From positions 1-57,653 of the forward strand of contig CANMWZ010000026.1 of the NCBI GenBank assembly GCA_947501605.1: a stretch of 57,653 bases of DNA, given 5' to 3'. How positions within the stretch are numbered: the stretch's first letter is position 1; every line of letters starts with the position of its first letter. Below are positions 48,595-57,653 of this stretch, piece by piece. The notes below the pieces were generated by a model that saw only the letters and a list, made by a program, of their open reading frames with translations, searched no databases and was not told the origin of the DNA. The translations under genes and the position numbers were made by a program. Origin of the DNA: Planctomycetota bacterium (GTDB lineage Bacteria; Planctomycetota; UBA1135; UBA2386).

Positions 48595-48941
48595 CAGGCG
48601 GGCTCACTCTGGGGTGTGTTGGGCCGCAAGAACGGCATCGACGGGTGGAATCCGCTCCGAAGAGTCAATGCGAAGGGGCGCATGCGTCGATGCAGTCTAG
48701 AAGTGGTTGCAGAAAGCACCAGCGACTGCGGCCGGCTTCGGCGCCCCAGGGCAGCGTTGCGATCTCCGGGCGGAACCTCCAGCTTCTGCTCCGAGTTCGC
48801 GCCGCGCCCTCGTGCACCAGGGCTCGGCCTCGCCCGCAGGCGATTCCTGAATCCACACGAACCTGTCGCTGCGCCGTCGCGCGTCGAACCTGACGTGCGG
48901 GCGGACACGAGCCCATCGCGCTGTTAGTCTCGGAAACCCTC

Positions 48942-50117
48942 ATGCCCGTCATCCGCGAACGTCGGTTCCTGCGTGTCAAACTAGACATGGTGACTCGATG
49001 CCAGCTGCGCTGCATCATGTGTCACTTCGCCCACCCGGAGTTCAAGGAGAACCCCATCACGATGGGTGGCGAGTTGCTCGAGAAAGTCGCTGCCGAGTTG
49101 TTCCCACGCGCGCACGACGTGGTGTTGTCGTCGAGCGCCGAGCCGTTGCTCGCACCCGACCTGCCGCTCGCTCTCGAGTTGTGCAAGAAGTACGGGGTGC
49201 CCAACTTCCACTTCAGCACCAACGTCCTGGCCATGACCGAGAAGATCATGGACAAGGTCATAGACTCGGGAATGCCGCTGATCACGGTCAGTTGCGATGG
49301 CATCACCAAGGAGACGTTCGAGAAGATCCGCAAGCCGGCGAAGTGGGAGCCCTTCCTCCGCCGCTTCGACATCATCAACGAGTGCAAGAAGGCCCACGGT
49401 TCGGAGAAGCCGGCCATCAGCGTCACGTGCGTACTGATGCGCAGCAACATTCGCGAAGTGCCGCAGATGATCCGGTTCTGGCGCGACCGCGGCGTCATCT
49501 ACATGAACTTCGTGCACATGGCCGTGATGGGTGGCCTTGGCATCGAGGACGAGTCGCTGATGAACGACGCCAAGCTCTGCAATGAGATCATGGCCGAGGC
49601 GCAGCGTGTCGCGGATGAGGTCGGGATGCAGTGCGTCATGCCGATCCCGATCGGCGAGACGTTTGCGGATCAAGGTCAGGTGACCGACCAGAAGCGCAGC
49701 GATGAGGGCGGTGGGTTCGCGCTGATCGCGCCGTCAGCAGAGGGCGCCTCGCTCGCAGACTCGAAGGAAGTGGCCGATTACCTCAACCACAAGAACCGCG
49801 AGTTCTTGCTGAAGGCAAAGCAGAAGCTGCACCACAACCGCCCCTGCTACTTTCCGTGGTACTACATCCACGTCAATCCGGACGGCACCATCTTCCCCTG
49901 CGGGTGCTGGTTCGAGTTCACGACCTTTGGCGACTTCAAGACCCAGACGTTCCGCGAGATCTGGACCGGCCCGAAGTACAAGGAGCTGCGGCGCCAGCTC
50001 TACAACATGGAATTGCGCGATGTGTGCGCCAACTGTTCGGTCGCCAATATGGGCCGGCCTGACGTCAAGGCGTCGTTCAGTCACCGGGCCAAGGTTCGCC
50101 GCGAGCAACGCACGTAG
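48942..50117 (+). CDS. Radical SAM protein with SPASM/twitch domain
   Basis: CQLRCIMC; SSAEPLL; CYFPWYYIHVNPDGTIFPCGC...CANC. Confidence 0.9.
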   Translation: MPVIRERRFLRVKLDMVTRCQLRCIMCHFAHPEFKENPITMGGELLEKVAAELFPRAHDVVLSSSAEPLLAPDLPLALELCKKYGVPNFHFSTNVLAMTEKIMDKVIDSGMPLITVSCDGITKETFEKIRKPAKWEPFLRRFDIINECKKAHGSEKPAISVTCVLMRSNIREVPQMIRFWRDRGVIYMNFVHMAVMGGLGIEDESLMNDAKLCNEIMAEAQRVADEVGMQCVMPIPIGETFADQGQVTDQKRSDEGGGFALIAPSAEGASLADSKEVADYLNHKNREFLLKAKQKLHHNRPCYFPWYYIHVNPDGTIFPCGCWFEFTTFGDFKTQTFREIWTGPKYKELRRQLYNMELRDVCANCSVANMGRPDVKASFSHRAKVRREQRT

Positions 50118-50129
50118 TCGCCGCGGCCG

Positions 50130-50645
50130 TCACTTGGCGCGCTTGCTGGTGAGCACTCGCTGCTCGTGCTCGAGCAGCCATTGTTTGCAGTCGATGCCGC
50201 CGCCAAAGCCGGTGAGGCTGCCGTCCTTGCCGATCACGCGGTGGCACGGAACGACGATGGGGATCGGGTTGCGGCCGTTCGCAGCGCCCACGGCGCGCAT
50301 GGCGGTTGGCTTGCCGATTTTCTGCGCCTGCTCCTGATAGCTGCGGGTCTTCCCGAAGGGGATCTTCTCCAGTGCGCTCCAGGCCTTCCGCTGGAACTCG
50401 GTGCCCTCCGAGCCGAGCTGAAGATCGAAGGCGGTGCGCCTGCCGGCGAAGTACTCGTCGAGCTGGCGGATGACATGGGCGCATCGCGTGCCGTCTTCGA
50501 CCTCATCGGCGCGGGCCTTGGTCGACCTGCCCTTGTCCTTGCCTTCGTGAGCGGGGAGCTCGATGCGCAAAAGCGTGCCGCGCTCGTCGACGGTGATGCG
50601 GAGAGTGCCGACGGGCGTCGGTGTGGTCGTGGTGTAGATGGTCAT
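50130..50645 (-). CDS. ogt: Methylated-DNA--protein-cysteine S-methyltransferase
   Basis: [39 protein letters not shown]. Confidence 0.95.
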   Translation of the reverse strand: MTIYTTTTPTPVGTLRITVDERGTLLRIELPAHEGKDKGRSTKARADEVEDGTRCAHVIRQLDEYFAGRRTAFDLQLGSEGTEFQRKAWSALEKIPFGKTRSYQEQAQKIGKPTAMRAVGAANGRNPIPIVVPCHRVIGKDGSLTGFGGGIDCKQWLLEHEQRVLTSKRAK

Positions 50646-50860
50646 GCTAGGCTCATGGGCTTGGCCGCAAGGGCGGCAGTGTAGCCACCTGCTGGGAGGA
50701 CGGCGATGCGGCGCAGGTCGAGTCGATGGCGATGAGCGGTCGGGCCCCGAGTGCCGCCTTGTCGTTCCGGCGCCGCTACACCCGTCGCGGCGACCCGACA
50801 GCGGAGCCGCGAGTTCTCACGCGGTCCGGCAGTTGCCGAGGCGCGTGCCGGAGGCACCCG

Positions 50861-53113
50861 ATGAAGACCCTTTGGTTCGCATACTCGTTCCCGTTGCTGT
50901 TCGCCGCTGCGGCACTGTCGCAGCAGCCCGTTTCCCTGATGCGCGACCCGCTGGTCGCGATTGCCCGAACCGAGGTCAAGGCCGTGATCGAGGACGGCGC
51001 TGCGACGACGACCATCGAACAGGTGTTTGCCAATCGCGGCGAGCGGCCCGGCGAGGCCATCTGGCTTCTGCCCGTCCCGGTCGGCGCGATGGCCGACAGC
51101 TTGAAGATGATCGTCGGCGGCAAGGAGATGGCGGCCGAGGTTCTGGACGCCAGCACCGCCCGTGCGGTTTACGAGGCGATTGTCCGTCAGCGTCGCGACC
51201 CAGCGCTCCTCGAGTACGTGGGCGACGGCTTGCTGCGGGCTCGCGTCTTTCCCATCCCACCGCATGGTGAGGTCGCGGTGCAGGTTCGCCTGCGCCAGTC
51301 GCTGCCGATGCATCGCGGACTCGGGGAGTGGAGCCTGCCGTTGCGGGCGCTGCGGCTTGCCGAGAACAGCGACGGCCCGATCGCCGTCGACGTGACTGTC
51401 CGCAGCGCCTCGGCGCTGAAGACGGTAGTGGCGTCCCGCCCCGATGCCGAAGTGATCTGGCGCGGCGAGCACGAGGCCCGCGTCGCGTTCGAGATTGCGC
51501 GCGGCGCTGCCATCGAGCGCGAGCTGCAGATCCTCTTTGGCCTCGCGGACGCAGAGTTCGGACTGCACGCGCTGCATCACCGACGCGCGGGTGAAGACGG
51601 CTGGTTCACGATGTTCGTGTCGCCGCGACGATCGCTCGCAGACGAGGCGCTGCCACCGCGCTGTGTGCAGTTCGTCGTCGACACGTCGGGCTCGATGGCG
51701 GGCCCCAAGATGCTGCAGGCGAAGGCCGCGCTACAGGCGTTCTTGAAGACCCTGAGCCCACGGGACCGGTTTCAAATCGTGACGTTTGCGACCGAGGCAT
51801 CGCCATTCTTCACGGCCCCGCGCACGGTCGATGAGGCCGCGCTCGCCGAGGCCAGAAACCGTGTCGACCAACTGGAGGCGCGCGGTGGCACCAACATCGG
51901 CGACGCGCTCCTGTGTGCGCTCGGCGGCGTCGCGCCCAAGCGATCGCCCGACGAATTGTCGCTGGTGGTGTTCGTGACTGACGGCATGCCCACGGTTGGC
52001 GTCACCGACTCGCGCAAGCTGCTGGAGGAGGTGGTGGGGGCCAACCGGACCGCGACGCGAGTGTTCACGTTCGGCGTCGGCGATGACGTCAACGGCACGC
52101 TGCTCGCCGACCTCGCGAGCGAACTCCATGGCACCTGCGATTTCGTTCGCAACGACGAGCCGATCGAGCGCAAGACCACGACACTGTGTGCTCGCATTCG
52201 CGAACCGGCACTGACCGACGTCGAAGTGCTCTGTGACGGGCTCGAACGCTTCGAGTTGACTCCCCGCGTGGTGCCAGACCTGTTCGCCGGCGACACGCTG
52301 CAACTGAGCGGTCGCTACCGCGGCATTGGCACGCGCGAAGTGGTGTTGCGCGGCAAGCTCGCCGGCGCGACGAAGGAGTTCCGCTTCGACGTCGCCTTCC
52401 CCACGATCGAGACGCGGCACGACTTCGTGCCGGTCGCCTGGGCGCAGCGCCAAGTGTCGTCCCTGTTGCAGCAGATTCGCCGTGGTGGGGCCCAGCTGGA
52501 ACTGGTCACCGAAGTGACACGACTCGGTCGCGAGTTCGGCATCGCGACGCCGTACACGGCACATCTCATCGTCGAAGACGGCATGGCGCCACCCGTTGTC
52601 GGTGGCGGCGGATCGGCCCCTTTCGGGCCACAGACGCCGCGGACCGGGGGGCCGGCATCGCCAGGGCCAGTCACGGGCAGTCGTGGCATCCAGATCGAGT
52701 ACTCCGGCAGTGACGAGTTCTACCTCGGTAGTTCGCGAAGGGCCGGTGCCGAGAAGGCCAGTGGCCGCAGCGCTGCTGTGCCACCGCGCCGTGCTGCCGG
52801 CAAGACCTTCTACTGCCACGAGGAGATCTGGGTCGAATCGAGTCTGCCCGAGGAATGGCGGAAGGACTGCATGCGCGTGGTGGCGTTCTCGGACGAGTAC
52901 TTCGCCTTACTGGCAGCGCACCCCGAACTGCGCGAGGCGTTCGCGCTCGGCACCAGCGTGGCACTGCGCATCGGCGAGACGATCGTGCTGACGGTGACAG
53001 GCGAAGGGAAGCCTGCTGACCCGAAGCCAACGGAGCTCAAAGAAGCCGCAGCGAAGTCCGCGCCTGCGCCTGCGCCTGCGCCTGCGCAATCGCCATCGGC
53101 CGGTGGCCGCTAG
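50861..53113 (+). CDS. Secreted VIT + vWA domain protein
   Basis: GGAGG before ATG 50861; signal peptide; VIT (AEVLDASTARAVYEAIV..RDPALLEY); MIDAS DTSGSM, GGTN, VTDG. Confidence 0.88.
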   Translation: MKTLWFAYSFPLLFAAAALSQQPVSLMRDPLVAIARTEVKAVIEDGAATTTIEQVFANRGERPGEAIWLLPVPVGAMADSLKMIVGGKEMAAEVLDASTARAVYEAIVRQRRDPALLEYVGDGLLRARVFPIPPHGEVAVQVRLRQSLPMHRGLGEWSLPLRALRLAENSDGPIAVDVTVRSASALKTVVASRPDAEVIWRGEHEARVAFEIARGAAIERELQILFGLADAEFGLHALHHRRAGEDGWFTMFVSPRRSLADEALPPRCVQFVVDTSGSMAGPKMLQAKAALQAFLKTLSPRDRFQIVTFATEASPFFTAPRTVDEAALAEARNRVDQLEARGGTNIGDALLCALGGVAPKRSPDELSLVVFVTDGMPTVGVTDSRKLLEEVVGANRTATRVFTFGVGDDVNGTLLADLASELHGTCDFVRNDEPIERKTTTLCARIREPALTDVEVLCDGLERFELTPRVVPDLFAGDTLQLSGRYRGIGTREVVLRGKLAGATKEFRFDVAFPTIETRHDFVPVAWAQRQVSSLLQQIRRGGAQLELVTEVTRLGREFGIATPYTAHLIVEDGMAPPVVGGGGSAPFGPQTPRTGGPASPGPVTGSRGIQIEYSGSDEFYLGSSRRAGAEKASGRSAAVPPRRAAGKTFYCHEEIWVESSLPEEWRKDCMRVVAFSDEYFALLAAHPELREAFALGTSVALRIGETIVLTVTGEGKPADPKPTELKEAAAKSAPAPAPAPAQSPSAGGR
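53060..53087 (+). repeat. (GCGCCT)4.7 hexamer repeat encoding Ala-Pro tail
   Basis: gcgcctgcgcctgcgcctgcgcctgcgc, in frame near the VIT-vWA C-terminus. Confidence 0.85.
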
Positions 53114-53126
53114 CCACTGCTGTTCG

Positions 53127-54383
53127 TCACTGGACGAGGACCGAGATCCGGACGACGGGCGCGGCGAGCGCGGCAGCGTCCGGTTCGGCTTCGTCGAGGT
53201 GCAGGTAGGGTTGGGCCAGTGCTGGGCCAGTCGCCGTCAGTTGCAGGGCAGCGATGGCATTCTGGAGCATCGCCTCGCCGACTTTGGTCCGCTCACTGAA
53301 GTCGCCGTGCGGCGGGTAGACGACCAGCGCGCGGCCAGACGGGATCTCCCGCACGTCCCAATCGGCCGGTGGTGCAAACGGTGGTGCGCCATCCATGGCG
53401 CGAAAGGGCACGATCAGTAGCCGCCGTTCGCCGTCGCGCATGAGACCCTGGAACCCAGCCGTCGTCTGTCCCGCTGCCCGCAGCGTCGCGACGTGCGCCT
53501 GAACCGCACTGGAGCGTGCCGACCAGGTGCCGGGATCGGGCAGGCAGAGCCAGCGCTGCGCCTTCATCGGCTCGACTGTTGGTTCGGCGGGCCGCCGCGG
53601 CATGCCCAGGGTAATCGAGTTGGTCGCCGCCGATTGTTGGTCGCCGCCGGCAGTCGCGGTCTCCTGCGGCTGCCGCGGGACCGACCCAGACTCGGCTTCG
53701 AAGATCGTCTGGTCCCACTCGAAGTCGATGTTGTCGAAGCGGATGCTGCAGCGGCCGAGCGGTGCGATCTCGGCGCGGCGCACGATGTGGGTAGTGAGCG
53801 TGTCGAGGTGTTCGAGCACGTGCACGGCACCCAGGCGCACGAGCCGCAATGCCGCGGGCTGCAATTCGAGTTCGACTCGGGTCGCATCCAGCTGCTGCAG
53901 CAGAAAGGTCCGTGGTCCCGTGCGCGTGCAGGCCGTGGCACGGCGAACGGGTCCGAGGCTGGCAGCATCGAGCAACTCGTACAGAGCGACAAGGCGAGCC
54001 GAGGCGGCCGCATCGAGGAGCGTGTGGGCGTTCCCGTCCTGGCCTGGACCCAGCGCGCGCCCGCGGTCCCACAACTGGATCGCGCCATCGGGCCATTGCA
54101 CACGCAGGCGAAAGGGCAGGTCGCCGAAGGCGCGGGCCACCGAACCGTCGGGCAGCGTGACCTTGGCGGCAAAGCGATCGAAGCCGGTCAAATCCTGATG
54201 GCAGGCCGCGACCAGCTGCTTTGGAACCTCGGCGGCGTCGAGCGCTGCGGGATCGACGGCCGCTGGGCCCTGTGGCCGGTCATCGCTACAGGCCGCGAGC
54301 AGCCACGCGGCGAACACGAAGCAACGCGGCGTCGCCTTCGCGCCGGGGCGGATCAGTTGCCGCGTTCGAACTCGCGTCGCCAC
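53127..54383 (-). CDS. Hypothetical lipoprotein, possible GyrI-like C-terminal domain
   Basis: Lipobox WLLAAC; WDVREIPSGRALVVY...TGPALAQPY...VVRISVLV; start uncertain. Confidence 0.6.
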   Translation of the reverse strand: MATRVRTRQLIRPGAKATPRCFVFAAWLLAACSDDRPQGPAAVDPAALDAAEVPKQLVAACHQDLTGFDRFAAKVTLPDGSVARAFGDLPFRLRVQWPDGAIQLWDRGRALGPGQDGNAHTLLDAAASARLVALYELLDAASLGPVRRATACTRTGPRTFLLQQLDATRVELELQPAALRLVRLGAVHVLEHLDTLTTHIVRRAEIAPLGRCSIRFDNIDFEWDQTIFEAESGSVPRQPQETATAGGDQQSAATNSITLGMPRRPAEPTVEPMKAQRWLCLPDPGTWSARSSAVQAHVATLRAAGQTTAGFQGLMRDGERRLLIVPFRAMDGAPPFAPPADWDVREIPSGRALVVYPPHGDFSERTKVGEAMLQNAIAALQLTATGPALAQPYLHLDEAEPDAAALAAPVVRISVLVQ

Positions 54384-55297
54384 AACGCCACGTCGTAGCC
54401 ACGGTCGACGTTGCCGGCAAGCTGTTGCAGCGCCTTGCGCGCGGCGAGGCGGACGTTGGGCACGGTCTCACTGGGGCCGAGCAGCGTCAGCAGGCACTCG
54501 AACTGGTCCTGCGCGTTCATGCGGCCGATTGCCACCGCTGCGTTCATTCGCACGCGAGGCGTCGGATGAATCGTGAACCGGGCCACCGCGGCGGCGTACC
54601 TCGGATCGCGTGTGAGTCCGAGGCCACGCAGTCCGTTCGCCAGCAGCAGGGGGTGCTGGTCCTTGTCGCCTTCGAGGATGCGCTGCCAGATCGGGATGAT
54701 CTCGTCGCTGCGAAGGCTGTTCTCCTGAAGGTGCACCAGCGCCCACGCGGCCCCGATCCGACCACGTTCGTTGTGCTTCTGGTCCTCGACCACTCGGGCG
54801 ATGACACCAGGCGGTGTTCTTGGGTCGCGCAGGATCGCGAGGCCGAGCACGGCGCGATCGACGAGGTTCTGGTCGGTCAGTTGCGCGCCCTGGAGAATCA
54901 CCGACATGGTGTCGCTGCGATCCGCGAAGCCGAGTGCCGCCAGCGCGATGCCCTGGAAGTAGGCATCGGTGCCGTCACTGGCGAGGGCGATGAGTTTCGT
55001 GGTGTTGATGCCCTCGGGGCGGCCGCTGACCAATTGGCGCAGCAGGCGATCCAGTTGGTCGCGTTCGGTGTCGTAGCGCGCAATGCCGGCGTTGCTGACG
55101 GCGCGGACATAGCTATCCAGCGCCTGATCGATTTGCAGGAGCACCTTGTCGAACTCCTTGCCGCTCTCCGCGGCCTGCTTTCGCGCGAGAGCCTGTTCCT
55201 CGATCTTCGGATCGAACTCCCCTTTGGGCCCTGCCGGTTCGGCGCTGGCGCAAGCGGGCAACAACAACAGCAACGAGAGCCAGGGGCGGGCGAGCAT
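54353..55297 (-). CDS. HEAT-repeat lipoprotein
   Basis: MLARPWLSLLLLLPAC; repeats such as PTPRVRMNAAVAIGRM and PNVRLAARKALQQL. Confidence 0.75.
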   Translation of the reverse strand: MLARPWLSLLLLLPACASAEPAGPKGEFDPKIEEQALARKQAAESGKEFDKVLLQIDQALDSYVRAVSNAGIARYDTERDQLDRLLRQLVSGRPEGINTTKLIALASDGTDAYFQGIALAALGFADRSDTMSVILQGAQLTDQNLVDRAVLGLAILRDPRTPPGVIARVVEDQKHNERGRIGAAWALVHLQENSLRSDEIIPIWQRILEGDKDQHPLLLANGLRGLGLTRDPRYAAAVARFTIHPTPRVRMNAAVAIGRMNAQDQFECLLTLLGPSETVPNVRLAARKALQQLAGNVDRGYDVALWRREFERGN

Positions 55298-55499
55298 GGG
55301 GGCCTTGGATGAAGGTCGTGGAGGTTCCTTCCACGATTCTGCACTGCCGTGAGGCAGGACCGCAACCTCGATGGATGCGATGACGATCGCCGAGTTGCCG
55401 GCCCTTCGCATGACGGCTCACGATCGGGTCGGCGAATGTGGGCCTACTGCATTTGCCTGCGACTGCTTTCGGTCTTGCCGTCGCGGTTGCACGAAGCCA

Positions 55500-56240
55500 C
55501 TACGGCGTGATGTCGGGGCCGCGCAATCGCACCGGTTTGCCGCCTTTGCGCAACCGCAGGTTCAGCGCCTCGACGAACACCGAGAACGCCATCGCGAAGT
55601 TGACGTAGCCCTTGGGGATGTGCATGCCCCAGGCCTCGCCGACGAGCGTGAAGCCGATCATCAACAGGAACGTAAGCGCCAGCATCTTGACCGTGGGGTG
55701 GCGTTCGACGAACGCGCAGATCGGCGTGACGAAGATCATCATCACCATCACCGAGATGACGACGGCGATGACCATGACCGCGAGTTCCTGAGCCATCCCG
55801 ACCGCGGTGATGACCGAGTCGAGGGAGAACACGAGGTCCAGGATCATGATCTGCACGAGCACCGAGCGGAACGTGACCGGCTTGTTCGCCACGCCGTCGT
55901 CCTCTTCGCCCTCGAGCTTGTGATGGATCTCGGTGACGCTCTTCCACATGAGGAACAAGCCGCCGATCAGCAGGATGAGGTCGCGCCCGGCGAACTCGTG
56001 ACCTGTGATCGAGAACAGCGGCGTCGTCAGCTTCATGATCAGCGTGATGCTGAACAGAAGGGCGATGCGCATGCCCATCGCGAGCCCGAGGCCGATCCGG
56101 CGCGCTTTCGCCTGTTGCTCCTGCGGCAGACGGCCGGTCAGGATCGAGACGAAGACGATGTTGTCGATGCCCAGCGCGATCTCCATCACGGTCAAGGTGA
56201 GGAGCGCGATCCAGGCCTGCGACGAGTAGATCCAATCCAT
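55500..56240 (-). CDS. TerC-family integral membrane protein
   Basis: MEIALGIDNIVF, ILDLVFSLDSVITAVG, HIPKGY. Confidence 0.92.
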   Translation of the reverse strand: MDWIYSSQAWIALLTLTVMEIALGIDNIVFVSILTGRLPQEQQAKARRIGLGLAMGMRIALLFSITLIMKLTTPLFSITGHEFAGRDLILLIGGLFLMWKSVTEIHHKLEGEEDDGVANKPVTFRSVLVQIMILDLVFSLDSVITAVGMAQELAVMVIAVVISVMVMMIFVTPICAFVERHPTVKMLALTFLLMIGFTLVGEAWGMHIPKGYVNFAMAFSVFVEALNLRLRKGGKPVRLRGPDITP

Positions 56241-56304
56241 GCGAGTCCTGGGACTTCACTACGAACTGGCTGCGAATGCGAGCATGCCGCTGCATGATGC
56301 GGGC

Positions 56305-57546
56305 ATGGTGGTTCGAAGCGCGTGTGCCGTCGCCGTCCTGTTCGCAGGCGCGCTGCTCTCGGCCCAGCGCCCATCGACCTGGCGATGCAAGAACGTGCTG
56401 GCCAAAGACGGCGCCTCGTGGATGCAGGATGTCGTCGTCACCACGATCCTCGACCACGTCATCTCGGTGAAGCCCGCGGAGCCAGGGGAGCCGGTGGATA
56501 CCGACTTCGGCGATGCCTACATGATCCCGGGTCTGATCGACCTGCACACGCATCTGCTGCTGCGGCCCTACGACCAGAGGACGTGGGACGAGCAAGTGCG
56601 CACCGAGTCGAACGAGCTGCGCGCGATCCGCGCCGGCACCCACGCGCTGCAAACGCTGCGTGCCGGCTTCGTCGCCGTTCGCGAACTCGGCACCGAGGGT
56701 GCGGGTGCAGCGGACGTGGCGCTGAAGGAGGCCCTGGCCGAAGGCCTGGTCCGCGGACCGATGGTCTTCGCGTCGACGCGGGCGATCGCGCGGCGGGGGT
56801 GCTACGGGCCGGACCCGGAGGATCCGACGACCAAGAAGGGTGCCCAGATGGTCGAAGGCGTCGACGAGATCCGCGCCGCCGTGCGCGCGCAGGCGGCGCT
56901 CGGGGCGGACTGGATCAAGGTGTACGCCGACTATCGCCACGGGTCGAAGGGCGCGGTCGCGCCGACGTTCTCGCGCGACGAGCTCGTGGCCCTTTGTGAC
57001 GAAGCGGCGAAGTGCAAACTGCCAGTCGCGGCGCACGCGACGACCGACGAGGGGATTCGCAACGCGGTCGAAGCCTCCGTGCGCACGATCGAGCACGGTG
57101 CCGGCGCGAGCGAAGCGACGCTGTCGAGGATGAAGGCAAAGGGCATCGTGCTCGTGCCGTGCCTCGCAGCCAATGAAGCCATCGTCCGCTACGCCGGGCA
57201 CCGCGGCCCGATCGTGGAGCGCCTGAACGCAGCCAAGGCCGGGTTTCAGCGAGCCCTCGCAGCTGGGGTCACGATCGCATGCGGCAGCGATGCCGGCGTG
57301 TTTGCCCACGGGGAGAACGTGCGCGAACTCGAGTTGATGGTCGAGTACGGCATGACGCCGGAGCAAGCGCTGCGCGCGGCGACCTCGACCGCCGCAGCGG
57401 TTCTCGGGCGGACCGATCTCGGCCACATCGGCGCTCGCCAGAGTGGCCTCGTCGTGCTCACGGCGGACCCGCTGCGCGACATCACGGCTCTGCGATCGGT
57501 GCGCGCCGTCATCCGCGAAGGCGACGAACGGTGGGGGCCGCGATGA
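56305..57546 (+). CDS. Metal-dependent amidohydrolase (prolidase/peptidase-like subgroup)
   Basis: PGLIDLHTH, WIKVYAD, AAHA, IEHG, GSDAG; signal-like N-terminus from ATG 56305. Confidence 0.88.
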   Translation: MVVRSACAVAVLFAGALLSAQRPSTWRCKNVLAKDGASWMQDVVVTTILDHVISVKPAEPGEPVDTDFGDAYMIPGLIDLHTHLLLRPYDQRTWDEQVRTESNELRAIRAGTHALQTLRAGFVAVRELGTEGAGAADVALKEALAEGLVRGPMVFASTRAIARRGCYGPDPEDPTTKKGAQMVEGVDEIRAAVRAQAALGADWIKVYADYRHGSKGAVAPTFSRDELVALCDEAAKCKLPVAAHATTDEGIRNAVEASVRTIEHGAGASEATLSRMKAKGIVLVPCLAANEAIVRYAGHRGPIVERLNAAKAGFQRALAAGVTIACGSDAGVFAHGENVRELELMVEYGMTPEQALRAATSTAAAVLGRTDLGHIGARQSGLVVLTADPLRDITALRSVRAVIREGDERWGPR

Positions 57547-57569
57547 CTGGTTCCTGGATCTCGCAAACG

Positions 57570-57653
57570 ATGAAATCTCGACTTGTCCATGCGTCTCTTC
57601 TCGTCCTCTTCGCTGCATGCCACAGCGCGCCCGTGTCCGAGGCCTCGCCGGCA
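57570..57653 (+). CDS. Lipoprotein, N-terminus only (runs off window)
   Basis: MKSRLVHASLLVLFAAC-HSAP lipobox; in-frame ATG 57543 overlaps the upstream stop. Confidence 0.55.
   Translation, partial: MKSRLVHASLLVLFAACHSAPVSEASPA

Noticed and set aside
48594..48908. 104-aa ORF as radical SAM precursor peptide
   Set aside because: Low-complexity Arg/Pro composition, no RBS, opposite strand to the radical SAM gene, no RiPP-like motif
53060..53087. Hexamer repeat as a phase-variation tract
   Set aside because: Unit length is a multiple of three and it lies in a disordered Ala-Pro tail
56241..56304. yybP-ykoY riboswitch upstream of TerC
   Set aside because: Only ~64 bp of divergent spacer and no recognisable motif
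55444..57618. 724-aa minus-strand ORF
   Set aside because: Overlaps TerC off-frame and the amidohydrolase antisense; no motifs
1..57653. CRISPR array, tRNA, rRNA, IS or prophage
   Set aside because: No repeat-spacer array, cloverleaf, transposase, integrase or phage genes recognised; the 61-bp-period sites are only three 14-bp palindromes

Overview
High-GC bacterial chromosomal window with about 40 genes. It is probably from a Planctomycetota (PVC) genome, inferred from a Ser/Thr kinase-FGE fusion, a DUF6797-like beta-propeller, secreted HEAT and VIT-vWA proteins and a paired secreted amidohydrolase. I recognised no rRNA, tRNA, CRISPR array or transposase. Left to right: hipBA toxin-antitoxin (hipA cut by the window edge) with three evenly spaced operator-like palindromes; a secreted propeller protein, ppiC and a PA14/pentaheme cytochrome c; three pilin-like genes, one of 1,118 aa; a multidomain Ser/Thr kinase; an orphan PAS histidine kinase; a HisC-HAD fusion; a TetR-OMF-MFP-RND operon followed by two amidohydrolases; a class V PLP enzyme; a HEAT protein; a soluble PAS-PAS chemoreceptor; a four-gene Rieske/ferric-reductase/flavoprotein cluster; a PQQ-type sugar dehydrogenase; a DUF2946-like CxxC/RAPP leader ORF before an outer-membrane protein and a Zn/Mn ABC transporter; GT4, SDR and radical SAM genes; ogt; VIT-vWA; two lipoproteins; TerC; an amidohydrolase. 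Best candidates for undescribed biology: the MsrP-less MsrQ-like/Rieske electron-transfer operon (35.8-39.4 kb), the putative metal-sensing arrest peptide upstream of a Zn-type uptake operon (41.3-46.0 kb), and the pilin triad with a giant pilin (6.5-12.0 kb). All family calls come from motif reading, not database searches.
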